A stretch of 64,000 nt of DNA from an uncultured Bacilli bacterium (GTDB taxonomy: Bacteria; Bacillota_I; Bacilli_A; RFN20; CAG-826), in the NCBI GenBank assembly GCA_944369075.1, contig CALVXK010000008.1, positions 112-64,111 of the forward strand, given 5' to 3'. Shown piece by piece: positions 48,613 to 59,014 of the stretch (position 1 is its first letter; each line of letters begins with the position of its first letter). Position numbers and translations under genes: made by a program. The notes under the pieces were generated by a model, which saw only the letters and a program-made list of their open reading frames with translations, was not told the DNA's origin and searched no databases.

Positions 48613-50037
48613 ATGAATTTCGAAGCAATTATTGGTCTAGAAATCCACGTTGAAATGAAAACAAAAACTAAGATGTTTTCTAGCGCTCCTATTAGATTTA
48701 AGGCTGAACCAAATACAAATATTACTTATTTAGATTTAGCTTATCCTGGTTCTTTACCAAGATTAAATAAACAAGGTGTAATCAATGCAATTAGAGTTTC
48801 TCATGCTTTACATATGAGCATTGATGATACTTTATATTTTGATAGAAAAAATTACTTCTATGCTGATTTACCAAAGGGATATCAAATTACTCAACAAGAT
48901 AGACCAATTGGTAAAAACGGATATCTTGAAATCGAAATTAATGGTCAAAAAAGAAAAATAGGTATTGAAAGACTTCACATGGAAGAAGATACTGCAATGC
49001 AACACCATTATTCTGACTATACTTTATTAGATTATAATAGAGCTGGAATACCTTTAGTTGAAATTGTTTCTCTTCCAGAAATTAGAACCGGAGAAGAAGC
49101 TAGAAAATACGTTGAAAAAATTAAAGAAATCGTTACTTATTTAGACGTTTCTGATGGCAAGATGGAAAATGGATCACTTAGATGCGATGTTAATATTTCT
49201 ATTAGACCATTTGGTAGTGATAAACTTGGAACTAAAGTTGAAATTAAAAACCTTAACTCAACCGCTAATATTGAAACAGCAATCGATTATGAAATTTTAA
49301 GACAATCATCTTTATTAATTAAAGGACAAGAGATTGCTCAAGAAACTAGAAGATTTGATGAAGCAAAAAAAGAAACTGTCTTAATGAGAGTTAAAACAGA
49401 TGCTGTTGATTATAAGTATTTTAGTGAAGGAAATATTCCACCTGTTCATCTTTCTAAAGAATTTATTAATCATGCTATTGAAACTTCAAATGAACTTTAT
49501 GATCAAAAATTAGAAAGATTCTTGAAGGATTATAAGTTAAACGAAGTTGATGCTAAGATTTTACTTTCTTCAAAAGAACTTGCTGATTATTATGATGAAG
49601 CTGCTAAAAATTCTAAAATTTATCAACCTTTAGCAAACTTCATTATTTCTGAAGTTTTAGGATATTTAAATAAAAATAACATTGCTATTAGTGAATTTAA
49701 TGTAAAACCAAGTAATATTTCTACTTTAGTAGATTTATTAAACAATAAAGAAATTAATTCAAAACAAGGAAAAGATATTTTCCAAAAGATGATTGAAACT
49801 AATAAAGATCCTCTTGCATTAAAAAATGAAATGGGTGCTACTTTAATTACTGATAAAGATAAGATTAGAAATGATGTTTTAGAAATTATTTCGCAAAATC
49901 CTACTTTACCAGATGACTATAAAAATGGTAAAACTAGAGCCTTAGGTTTCGTTATGGGATTACTCATGAAGAAAAATAAGGGTAAAGTTGAACCTAATTT
50001 AGCTAATCAAATTATTAAAGAAGAACTTTTAAAATAG
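48613..50037 (+). CDS. gatB: Glu/Asp-tRNA amidotransferase subunit B
   Basis: 'IGLEIHVEM', 'RLHMEEDTA', 'RCDVNIS' and a C-terminal YqeY-like tail. Confidence 0.95.
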   Translation: MNFEAIIGLEIHVEMKTKTKMFSSAPIRFKAEPNTNITYLDLAYPGSLPRLNKQGVINAIRVSHALHMSIDDTLYFDRKNYFYADLPKGYQITQQDRPIGKNGYLEIEINGQKRKIGIERLHMEEDTAMQHHYSDYTLLDYNRAGIPLVEIVSLPEIRTGEEARKYVEKIKEIVTYLDVSDGKMENGSLRCDVNISIRPFGSDKLGTKVEIKNLNSTANIETAIDYEILRQSSLLIKGQEIAQETRRFDEAKKETVLMRVKTDAVDYKYFSEGNIPPVHLSKEFINHAIETSNELYDQKLERFLKDYKLNEVDAKILLSSKELADYYDEAAKNSKIYQPLANFIISEVLGYLNKNNIAISEFNVKPSNISTLVDLLNNKEINSKQGKDIFQKMIETNKDPLALKNEMGATLITDKDKIRNDVLEIISQNPTLPDDYKNGKTRALGFVMGLLMKKNKGKVEPNLANQIIKEELLK

Positions 50038-50057
50038 TTTCTTTAAAAGGAGTTATT

Positions 50058-51413
50058 ATGAAAAACGTAGATTGTAAAGAACAAAGTTTATCTGAAGGTT
50101 TATATAAATCTTTAAAGAAAAATTATCAAAAAGATACAAAAAATGTTATTGTTCGTCATGCTTTAAGTAAACATAACATTAATACTATTGTTTTTGATAA
50201 TAAAAATAATATTGATGTTCCTTTTATTTTCTCAAAAGAAGTTAAAACTCTTCCAGTATGTAATCAAAAAGCTAGTGGAAGATGTTGGATATTTGCTGGA
50301 CTTAACGTTTTAAGAGAAATTATTGCTTCAAAATTAAATTTAAAAGATTTTGAACTTTCTCAAAATTATATTGCTTTATACGATAAACTCGAAAAATCCA
50401 ATTATCTTTTAACATCAATCATTGATTTAATCGATGAAAAGCCAAACGAAAGAGTATTAATGCATCTTTTATGTAATGGTGTAAGTGATGGTGGACAATG
50501 GGATATGTTTAGAAATATCGTTAAAAAGTATGGTTTAGTACCAAAGAATGCTTATAACGAAACTTTCCAATCATCAAATACAAATGAATCTAATTTTATT
50601 ATTAATTCATATATTCGTAATTTTGCTGCTGAAGCATCAAAATTACATAAAGAAGGAAAAGATAAAGAAATTCTTTTACTTAAAGAAAAATATATGTCTA
50701 ATATCTATAATCTTTTAGTCAACTGTTTTGGTGTAGTTCCTGAGAAATTTGACTTTGAATATTATGATAAAGACGATAAATATCATATTGAAAAAGATTT
50801 AACACCTAAATCATTCTTCGAAAAATATATTGGTGATGAAATTGATGAGTATGTCTCTTTAATCAATTCTCCAACTGAAGATAAACCATTTAACAAAGTA
50901 TTTACTATCTCATATTTAAATAACGTTGTTGAGGGTGATCCAATTAAGCACCTTAATGTAACGATGGAAAGAATGAAAGAATTAATTAAAGCTCAAATTG
51001 ATGATAATTCAATCGTTTGGTTTGGAAGTGACGTTTCTTTCTACCGTGGAGATAGAACTGCTGGAATTTGGGATGATTTATCTTACGATTATAGAAGTGC
51101 TTTTAATATTGATCTTAAATTTAATAAGTCAGATATGTTAGATTTCCATGCTTCAGTTATGAATCACGCAATGTGTTTAACTGGCTATAACCAAAAAGAA
51201 GGTCAAGAAATTAATCGTTGGAAAGTTGAAAACTCTTGGGGAAGTGAACCTGGAAATAAAGGTTACTTCATCATGTCATCTTCTTGGTTTGATTCATTTG
51301 TTTATCAAGCTGTTATTAAGAAAAAATATCTTAATGATGTTGAACTTGCTGCATATAAAGAAAAACCTATTGAACTTGATCCATGGGATCCAATGGGAAC
51401 ATTAGCTGATTAA
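50058..51413 (+). CDS. pepC: Aminopeptidase C (bleomycin hydrolase, C1 family)
   Basis: Catalytic 'NQKASGRCWIFA', 'MNHAMCLTGY', 'WKVENSWG'. Confidence 0.9.
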   Translation: MKNVDCKEQSLSEGLYKSLKKNYQKDTKNVIVRHALSKHNINTIVFDNKNNIDVPFIFSKEVKTLPVCNQKASGRCWIFAGLNVLREIIASKLNLKDFELSQNYIALYDKLEKSNYLLTSIIDLIDEKPNERVLMHLLCNGVSDGGQWDMFRNIVKKYGLVPKNAYNETFQSSNTNESNFIINSYIRNFAAEASKLHKEGKDKEILLLKEKYMSNIYNLLVNCFGVVPEKFDFEYYDKDDKYHIEKDLTPKSFFEKYIGDEIDEYVSLINSPTEDKPFNKVFTISYLNNVVEGDPIKHLNVTMERMKELIKAQIDDNSIVWFGSDVSFYRGDRTAGIWDDLSYDYRSAFNIDLKFNKSDMLDFHASVMNHAMCLTGYNQKEGQEINRWKVENSWGSEPGNKGYFIMSSSWFDSFVYQAVIKKKYLNDVELAAYKEKPIELDPWDPMGTLAD

Positions 51414-51423
51414 TTTATAAATA

Positions 51424-51451
51424 AAATGCCATCCAAATTTGGATGGCATTT
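51424..51451. terminator. Bidirectional intrinsic terminator
   Basis: aaatgccatccaaa/tttggatggcattt is a perfect 14-bp palindrome between convergent genes. Confidence 0.8.
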
Positions 51452-51470
51452 ACTTTAAATTTAATAATTT

Positions 51471-51911
51471 CTAAAGTCCACCGTTAGCCTCTAAATAAGC
51501 AACGATATAATCAATATAAATAAATATTAAAACTAGAGCAATTATAAGGATAATCATCATAATAATTGATAAAACGCCGCCAATTATATTAAGAACTTTA
51601 TATTTTTTAGTTTTATCAATTGTTAAACCGATAATTGCTAAAATTAATCCTAAAAAAGGAATTTGAGAAAAATAAATTGATAAAATACCTAAAACAAGTG
51701 GTGCAACACCTTCTTTTTCTTCTTCCTTTAGCTCTACTTTATTTTCTTCTTGAGTAACAGGAGTAGTTTCTTCTTTAGTTTCTTCTTTTACTTCTTCCTT
51801 AGGTTCTTCACCAATTACGAGTTCTTCTTTATAAAAAGGATTTTCATGCCCACAATTAGGACAAAACTTAACATTATCTTTCAATTCTTTACCGCAATAA
51901 CCACAAAACAT
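51471..51911 (-). CDS. Zinc-ribbon membrane protein (paralog of 9572..10027)
   Basis: 'MFCGYCGKELKDNVKFCPNCG', a Glu/Lys-rich linker, and C-terminal TM helices. Confidence 0.7.
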   Translation of the reverse strand: MFCGYCGKELKDNVKFCPNCGHENPFYKEELVIGEEPKEEVKEETKEETTPVTQEENKVELKEEEKEGVAPLVLGILSIYFSQIPFLGLILAIIGLTIDKTKKYKVLNIIGGVLSIIMMIILIIALVLIFIYIDYIVAYLEANGGL

Positions 51912-52090
51912 AATTATCCCCCAAAACTTCTATTACTTTTTATTATACTTAAAATAATTTTTTAATAAATAAAATTCGATTTTATTAAAGTGTTAAGGCA
52001 TTATTTCACGGAAATATTCTATTAAACGAAGTAATAATTTAATTTACTATTATGATTTTTACACGTGTAAAGCTAATAGTAAAATAAAAT

Positions 52091-52118
52091 TTGACATTAT
52101 TTAGACTTGGTATATAAT
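52091..52118 (+). promoter_or_regulatory. Sigma-70-type promoter
   Basis: TTGACA (52091), a 16-nt spacer, then TATAAT (52113). Confidence 0.55.
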
Positions 52119-52200
52119 AAAGAACCTTACAAAAATCAGGCAATGTTACTAACCCAAAGCATACCGATATTTTGTAAGAAACACGAAAAGGAGAAACAGA

Positions 52201-52344
52201 ATGATTAAGAAACTCATAGACTTTATGAGAGGCGGACATCATTCTCATCAAAACACGAAGCCATTAAAAAATGAAAATGGGTTTGAACAATTTGTAGAAG
52301 ATTATGTTCGTTTTCTCGATGTAAGAAATTTGGAAGACAATTAA
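52201..52344 (+). CDS. Possible 47-aa small protein (MIKKLIDFMRGGHHSHQ...)
   Basis: AAGGAG lies 7 nt upstream. It has its own promoter and terminator. It is absent from the ORF track because it is short. The antisense ORF 52039..52251 is judged spurious. Confidence 0.4.
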   Translation: MIKKLIDFMRGGHHSHQNTKPLKNENGFEQFVEDYVRFLDVRNLEDN

Positions 52345-52358
52345 TCTTACGAAATAGA

Positions 52359-52392
52359 ATCTAGGTCCTAAAAGGCCTAGATTTTTATTTTT
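52359..52392 (+). terminator. Intrinsic terminator
   Basis: tctagg(t)cc-taaaa-ggcctaga stem followed by a T-run. Confidence 0.65.
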
Positions 52393-52471
52393 ATTCATTA
52401 ATTAAAAAATTTTAAATTTAGGGGGATAAATTTTCTTGATCAAAACATTCTTGTATATAGAGGGATTTTTT

Positions 52472-54517
52472 GTGATAGAAGTTTTTAACGTCTCTAAAAG
52501 TTTCAAGATTGATGAAAAAAGAAAACTTGATGTATTAAAAAATATTTCTTTTGTCTTACCAGATAATGGAATGTATTTTATTTTAGGAAAAAGTGGAAGT
52601 GGAAAGTCAACTTTGCTTAATCTTTTAGAAGGTCTTGAAGATTTAGATTCAGGTTATATCAATATAAATAAAAAAAGAATTAGTAGAAGAAGTTTAGAAG
52701 AAAAAGAAAATATTTTTAAAGATGATATTGGAATAATGTTTCAACATTATAATTTGATTTCGTCTTTAACAGTAAAAGAAAATTTAGATTTAGTTAAATC
52801 AATTAAAGGAACAAAAAAAGAAGAAAAACTTGGTTATTATCTTAATAAATTTAAATTAGATAAGCTTATAGATAAAAAAGTAGAGTTATTAAGTGGAGGA
52901 GAAAAACAAAGAGTAGCTCTAGTTAGAACATTAATCAATAATCCATCGATTATTTTTGCTGATGAACCAACCGGAGCAATAGATGAAGAAAATTCTATTG
53001 TTATAATGGATGAACTTAAGTTAATTTCTAAAGAGAAGTTAGTTTTAATAGTAACTCATGATAAATCGTTAGTAGAAAAATACGCTGATGGCAAAATTAT
53101 TTTAAATGATGATAAAACATATACCTTAGATAATATTTATGCATCTATTGAGGAATTTAAGAAAAATAATATAGAAAATAAAGAAAAAGTATTTATTAAC
53201 AAGAAATCTAATAATAAATTTGTATTTTTAAGCAAAATATTTAAAAGAAATGTGTTTAAAAATTTTACGAGAAATTTACTTTCTATTTTAGCTTTAACTT
53301 TCGCTTTTACCTTTATTTTTACAACGTTTTCTATCAAATCTAGTCTAGATAATTTTAATAAAAACCTAATCTATCAATTTGAAGGATATAATATTTTTAA
53401 TGTTAGTGAAGTTAAAAATAGTTCAATTAATGGGTCACTTTTATCTATATCAAAAAAAGAAAAACCGAATGATTATAGGATAATTGATTTCATGAAAGAA
53501 AATGAAATCAATTATGAGATGTATGATAATTTAAATTACTTTTTATCAAATAATATCGTTAAAATTGATGATAAAGAATACAAAAATATAGTATTTTCAC
53601 CTCTTTTTAATCTAGAAAAGAATGACGTAATAGTTAATCGTAAATTTGTTGAAGAATATTTAAATTCTGATTTTGAAAGTGCTATTGGAAAAGAATTAAG
53701 ATTAAAATCAAATAATAAATATGAAGCTTTTTCAAATTATTATGAGGGAGAAATAGAAGAAGATTTAAAATTAGATTTAACGTTTAAAATTAAAGATGTT
53801 AAAGATGAGTTTTATTATCTACAAACTCCAAGAGTTTATTATTCTTATAATTACTTATTTCAAGTTTTAAATTTAACTTTAGCACCTAATTTTACTGAGT
53901 TAGAAGGAGCAAGAATTACCTATTTTGATTTACTTGAAAGAAGTGAAAATAATGATCAAATTAATTCATATTCTTCGCTATTAGTTATAGATAATGTCTA
54001 TTTTGAAAAGTTTATTGATATATTAACCAATAAAAAATATGAAGATTATAGTTTAAGTATTACAAATGAAGCTTATACAATGTCAACTTCATTTATAGAT
54101 TTAACTAATATCTTATTTATAGGGATTGATATATTCATAATATTAATAATATTTTCTTCCTTATTTATCATTATTTTTCTTACAATTTACTCTTACTTAG
54201 TTAATAAAAAAGAAAGAGCAATTTTACTTTTATTAGGTAGTAATGATAAATCAATAGATTTTATATATGTTTTAGAAAATATTATTAATATGATTTTTGC
54301 TTTTATATTTTCTTCTTTAATTTTAAATATTGTTAATAACTTTATTAACAATATTATTTCTTCATCATTACTTATAAATTTAACGATAAATATCGATATA
54401 TTTAATAATATTATTATTTTCTTAATAGGAATATTATTAATCATTTTTATTACTTTAATACCATTAAAAATATCAAAGAAAAATATAAATCTTGCTAATG
54501 AATTAAAGGAGGAATAA
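52472..54517 (+). CDS. Fused ABC ATPase / FtsX-like permease (MacB-type architecture)
   Basis: Walker A 'GKSGSGKST', signature 'LSGGEKQRV', Walker B 'IIFADEPTG'. A large extracytoplasmic domain lies between TM1 and the C-terminal FtsX-type TM bundle. GTG 52472 after GAGGGA is preferred over the ORF-track TTG 52436. Confidence 0.8.
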   Translation: MIEVFNVSKSFKIDEKRKLDVLKNISFVLPDNGMYFILGKSGSGKSTLLNLLEGLEDLDSGYININKKRISRRSLEEKENIFKDDIGIMFQHYNLISSLTVKENLDLVKSIKGTKKEEKLGYYLNKFKLDKLIDKKVELLSGGEKQRVALVRTLINNPSIIFADEPTGAIDEENSIVIMDELKLISKEKLVLIVTHDKSLVEKYADGKIILNDDKTYTLDNIYASIEEFKKNNIENKEKVFINKKSNNKFVFLSKIFKRNVFKNFTRNLLSILALTFAFTFIFTTFSIKSSLDNFNKNLIYQFEGYNIFNVSEVKNSSINGSLLSISKKEKPNDYRIIDFMKENEINYEMYDNLNYFLSNNIVKIDDKEYKNIVFSPLFNLEKNDVIVNRKFVEEYLNSDFESAIGKELRLKSNNKYEAFSNYYEGEIEEDLKLDLTFKIKDVKDEFYYLQTPRVYYSYNYLFQVLNLTLAPNFTELEGARITYFDLLERSENNDQINSYSSLLVIDNVYFEKFIDILTNKKYEDYSLSITNEAYTMSTSFIDLTNILFIGIDIFIILIIFSSLFIIIFLTIYSYLVNKKERAILLLLGSNDKSIDFIYVLENIINMIFAFIFSSLILNIVNNFINNIISSSLLINLTINIDIFNNIIIFLIGILLIIFITLIPLKISKKNINLANELKEE

Positions 54518-54519
54518 TC

Positions 54520-57342
54520 ATGTTAAAAATAAGAAATTTAGGTAAAAAATTTAATAATGAATATATCTTTAGAAATTTAAATTATGATTTTAAAGATAAT
54601 GGTTTATATTCGATTATTGCTCCTAGTGGAAGAGGGAAAACTACTTTATTAAATATTATTTCAACTATTGATAAACCAAGTGAAGGTGAAGTTATTTTTA
54701 ATTCAAAAAAGATATCAAAGTTGAATGAAAAGAAGAAGAGAAGTTTTAGATTAAATAATGTTTCTTTTATTTATCAATCTTTTAATTTGTTTGATGATCA
54801 AAGTGTTAAAAATAATTTAGCATTACTTTTAAATGATTCATCTCTTTTTCATATTTCAAAGAAAAATGAAAGAAAAATAGATTCTTTGTTATCAAAATTA
54901 AATATTATTGAATTAAAAGATAAGTTAGTTAAAAATCTTAGTGGAGGAGAAAAACAAAGAGTTGCTATTGCAAGAAGTTTAATTAATAATCCTAAAATAA
55001 TTTTTGCTGATGAACCAAGTGGCGCTTTAGATGAAGAAAATGGTGAAAATATATTTGAAATTTTAAGAAATTTATCAAAAGATCATCTTGTAATAGTTGT
55101 AACTCATAACATAGATTTAGCTTATAAATATAGTGATTTCATCCTTAGACTAGAGCCTGATACGATAATTAATGAAGAATTAAATAATGACCAAGTAAAA
55201 GTAAATATTTTTAAAGAGACTAAGAAAGAGAAAAATAACAATAAAATTAAAACTTACTTTAAAATAAATTATTTTAAAAATACATTTAAATCTAAAAAAT
55301 ATAGAATGTCTTTTTTAATATCTTTTCTTTCGATTTCTTTACTTTTAAGTGGGTTAACTTTCTTTTTAAAAGATGGGCTAAGTAAAATGATAAGTGATAC
55401 TTTTGAGGGATTATCTAACGAAAATTCATTAATTTTAAAAAGAAAAGAAGATGATGCCGAGATTTTATCTTATTATGGAGCGTCAAAAGAAGATGTTAGT
55501 GCGATATATAAAAATAATATTAGCGAAGTAAAAAGAATTGGAGCGACATATTTAAATAATATTGCGGATTATTTTCCAGATGAAGACATCGTAGAATTTG
55601 CATTTAATAACTTTTTTAACGATAAAATGCTTCTAGAAGATTATACAGCAAATGCCTTTGCTAATTTTAATTATGTCGAAACTTTTAAGAATGTTAGTTA
55701 TGTTTATCCTCAAAATTTAACTAAAATTGGTAAAAACGATGTTGTTATTGGAATTTCTAATGAAATGATGCAAAAAATTACATCTTCTATAGGAATTAGG
55801 CAAACATATGAAGCTTTAGGTAATTATATTGAAGAAAACGAATGCTATTTATTATTAAATCTTAAAAATAATTATTGGACATATGAAGATCAAGTTTTAC
55901 TTAATTTAAGGGGAATTGTAGTAAGTCAAAATCCAATAGTTTATTCAAATGATTTCTTTTTTAATGAATATCTTTTTGAAGATATCATGATGTTTCCTTC
56001 TTCAAATATTTTAGATAAAGAAGAAGATTATCCTTGGACTTTAAAGAAAATATATTATTTTGAAACAATTGAAGAACCATCATCATTATTAAACAAACTA
56101 AATAAAGAATTAGAATATAAAACATATATTTTTGATAATGATAAAGTAATGTATAATCCAAATTATGCTTCTTTGAGTCATTTAGAGGATGTTCCTTCGA
56201 ATAAAGTTTATGTATATCAATCTTTAAAAAAGAGTATTGATATGGAATTAATTAAAAATATAGAAGAAAAACTTAATTTTAGAGATTATTACTATAATAC
56301 TAGTGGAGGATATGTAAATTTTTCATCAATTATGTCAGGATTTTATAACCCGACATTCTTTTCTTTAGATATCGATAAAATAAATACGTTAATTGATGGT
56401 AATAAAAACTTAACACTCGAAGAATGGTATTCTTTAGAAACAAGTGAAGGCTTAGCAAGTGGTAACTATTTAAAACAAAATAATAATAGTATTAAGTTTT
56501 CATCAAAATTAAATAAAAGTATTGATGGAAGATACCCAAGTAGTAATTATGAGATTGCTATATCAAATGGATTAGCAAAACTTTTAAAAAATAATAAAGG
56601 TGAAGATATTATTAATAAAACATTATATTTAACATCAATTGTTGATTATAAAATAAATGATGATGAAACGATTGTTCCTTCTTTTAAAACTATTAGACTT
56701 AGGATTAGTGGTATAGTTGATTCTTCTAAAGCTGAAATTTATCACAATAATGATTTTTCTTTAACTTTATTTAGAGATTTATTAAATATATCTTCATTTA
56801 GATTAAATATTGATAGTATTACTTTCTTATTAGACAAAAAACTAAGTGATGAAGATATTGCTACATTAAATACAAATTTAGATGAATATGAATTTTATTC
56901 ACCTTTAAATGATATTAATAAGACAATTGATGATACACTTTCTTATATCGTATTATTTCTTACAATTTTTTCGTTATTTTCAATAATTTCATCGATTATC
57001 TTATTTTCTATATATTCTTTTATTTCTTTTTCAGAGATGCGAAAAGAGATTGCTATACTTGCTTTACTTGGATTTTCTAACTATGAAATTGTTAAATTTT
57101 TCTTATTTAACAATTTCTTAACTTCATTAACTTCTTATTTAATATCTTCAATTTCTTTAACAACAATATCGTTGTTTATTTCTTTAGTTCTTTATCAAAT
57201 GTTTAAAATTGAAATATCGATTTATTTTTCTTATCTACCTTTCTTAATCATGTTTTTATTAATTGTAATTTTCTCTTTTATTTCGATAATTTTAATATTA
57301 AGACCATTAAGTAAGTTAGATTTTAAAAAAGAGCTGCATTAA
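54520..57342 (+). CDS. Fused ABC ATPase / FtsX-like permease (MacB-type architecture), second copy
   Basis: 'PSGRGKTT', 'LSGGEKQRV', 'IIFADEPSG'. A roughly 500-aa extracytoplasmic region. C-terminal FtsX-like TMs. Confidence 0.8.
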   Translation: MLKIRNLGKKFNNEYIFRNLNYDFKDNGLYSIIAPSGRGKTTLLNIISTIDKPSEGEVIFNSKKISKLNEKKKRSFRLNNVSFIYQSFNLFDDQSVKNNLALLLNDSSLFHISKKNERKIDSLLSKLNIIELKDKLVKNLSGGEKQRVAIARSLINNPKIIFADEPSGALDEENGENIFEILRNLSKDHLVIVVTHNIDLAYKYSDFILRLEPDTIINEELNNDQVKVNIFKETKKEKNNNKIKTYFKINYFKNTFKSKKYRMSFLISFLSISLLLSGLTFFLKDGLSKMISDTFEGLSNENSLILKRKEDDAEILSYYGASKEDVSAIYKNNISEVKRIGATYLNNIADYFPDEDIVEFAFNNFFNDKMLLEDYTANAFANFNYVETFKNVSYVYPQNLTKIGKNDVVIGISNEMMQKITSSIGIRQTYEALGNYIEENECYLLLNLKNNYWTYEDQVLLNLRGIVVSQNPIVYSNDFFFNEYLFEDIMMFPSSNILDKEEDYPWTLKKIYYFETIEEPSSLLNKLNKELEYKTYIFDNDKVMYNPNYASLSHLEDVPSNKVYVYQSLKKSIDMELIKNIEEKLNFRDYYYNTSGGYVNFSSIMSGFYNPTFFSLDIDKINTLIDGNKNLTLEEWYSLETSEGLASGNYLKQNNNSIKFSSKLNKSIDGRYPSSNYEIAISNGLAKLLKNNKGEDIINKTLYLTSIVDYKINDDETIVPSFKTIRLRISGIVDSSKAEIYHNNDFSLTLFRDLLNISSFRLNIDSITFLLDKKLSDEDIATLNTNLDEYEFYSPLNDINKTIDDTLSYIVLFLTIFSLFSIISSIILFSIYSFISFSEMRKEIAILALLGFSNYEIVKFFLFNNFLTSLTSYLISSISLTTISLFISLVLYQMFKIEISIYFSYLPFLIMFLLIVIFSFISIILILRPLSKLDFKKELH

Positions 57343-57430
57343 TAGCAAAAAATCGTATTTTTAAATGTATTTTTGCTTCTTAAACGTATATAATATTAAC
57401 GCTTAAAAACGAATTGAGAGGAAGCTTATT

Positions 57431-58534
57431 ATGGGATTAAAAGCAGGAATAGTCGGATTACCAAATGTTGGAAAATCAACTTTATTTAACGCAATCACTA
57501 ATTCAAAAGTAGAAGCTGCAAATTACCCATTTGCTACAATTAATCCAAATGTCGGAACGGTTATGGTTCCAGACGAAAGAGTTGATGAATTAGTAAAAAT
57601 ATTTCACCCAAAAAGAACGATTTATACAACATTTGAATTTTTTGATATTGCTGGATTAGTTAAAGGTGCTTCAAAAGGAGAAGGACTTGGAAATAAATTT
57701 TTAGCAAATATTAGAGAATGTGATGCAATTATTGAAGTTGTTAGATGCTTTGATTCAAATGAAATTGTTCACGTTGAAAATACAGTTGATCCAATTAGAG
57801 ATATTGAAATTATTAATCTTGAGTTAATTTTAGCCGATTTAGAAACAGCATCAAATAGACTTGGAAAAATTGAAAACAAAGCAAGAATTTCTAAAGATAA
57901 AGAAGCTTTAATTGAAGTTGATTTATTAACTAAAATTAAAGAAACATTACAAAACGAGAAACCTATTAGATCTTTATCTTTTAACGATGATGAAAAGAAA
58001 ATACTTAAGAATTTCGGTTTTTTAACAATTAAACCAATAATTTATGTTGCAAATGTTGCTGATAGCGCTTTAGCTAACATTGATCAAGATAAATACTATA
58101 ATGCAGTTAAAGACTATGCTGCTAAAGAAAATGCTCAAGTTTTACCTATTTCTTGTGAAATTGAGGCTGAACTTTCAACCTATTCTAAAGAAGAAAAACA
58201 AGAATTCCTTACAACTTTAGGAGTAAAACAATCTGGATTAGATCAGCTTATTAAAGCAGCTTATAAATTACTTGATCTATCAACATTCTTTACAGTTGGT
58301 GAAGATGAAGTTAGGGCTTGGACTTTTAAAACTGGTATGCTTGCTCCAGATTGCGCAGGAATTATTCACACTGATTTCAAAAAAGGCTTTATTAAAGCAG
58401 AAGTTTATACTTATGATGATATTATTAAGTATGGTAGTGAAACTGCTTTAAAAGAAGCTGGAAAAATTAGAATTGAAGGAAAAGATTATGTAGCTAAAGA
58501 TGGAGATATCTTCTTCTTTAGATTTAATGTTTAA
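57431..58534 (+). CDS. ychF: Ribosome-binding ATPase YchF
   Basis: 'GIVGLPNVGKSTLFNA' and a C-terminal TGS-like region 'RAWTF..G..AP.AAGIIHTDF'. Confidence 0.95.
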   Translation: MGLKAGIVGLPNVGKSTLFNAITNSKVEAANYPFATINPNVGTVMVPDERVDELVKIFHPKRTIYTTFEFFDIAGLVKGASKGEGLGNKFLANIRECDAIIEVVRCFDSNEIVHVENTVDPIRDIEIINLELILADLETASNRLGKIENKARISKDKEALIEVDLLTKIKETLQNEKPIRSLSFNDDEKKILKNFGFLTIKPIIYVANVADSALANIDQDKYYNAVKDYAAKENAQVLPISCEIEAELSTYSKEEKQEFLTTLGVKQSGLDQLIKAAYKLLDLSTFFTVGEDEVRAWTFKTGMLAPDCAGIIHTDFKKGFIKAEVYTYDDIIKYGSETALKEAGKIRIEGKDYVAKDGDIFFFRFNV

Positions 58535-58539
58535 TTAAG

Positions 58540-59013
58540 ATGAGAGTTGGGTTAGGGAAAGATATACATATATTAAAAAAAGGGTATGATTTGATACTAG
58601 GCGGAACAAAAATCCCTTTTAAAAAAGGCCTAGTTTCTTATTCAGACGGAGATTGCCTAATTCATTCAATTATTGATGCAATTCTTGGTGCATTAAGTCT
58701 AGGTGATATCGGCCAAAAATTTCCTGATAACGACCCAAAATATAAAGGTATTTCGTCATTAACTTTATTAAAAGAAGCAAAAAAGTTTATCGATGAATCA
58801 AATTATAAAATTTCAAATATAGATTGCTTTATATCTTGCGAAAAACCTAAATTAAAAGACTATATTAATGAGATGAAAATTAATATTTCTGATATTCTTG
58901 ATATAAATTTAGATCAAATTTCAATAAAAGCTGGTACAAACGAGAAGATGGGTTATATTGGTAGAAGTAAAGCGATTGAATGCGAAAGTATAGTTCTATT
59001 GGAGGATAAATAA
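58540..59013 (+). CDS. ispF: 2-C-methyl-D-erythritol 2,4-cyclodiphosphate synthase
   Basis: 'GLGKDIH', 'SDGDCLIHSIIDAILGALSLGDIGQKFP'. Confidence 0.9.
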   Translation: MRVGLGKDIHILKKGYDLILGGTKIPFKKGLVSYSDGDCLIHSIIDAILGALSLGDIGQKFPDNDPKYKGISSLTLLKEAKKFIDESNYKISNIDCFISCEKPKLKDYINEMKINISDILDINLDQISIKAGTNEKMGYIGRSKAIECESIVLLEDK

Positions 59014-59014
59014 A

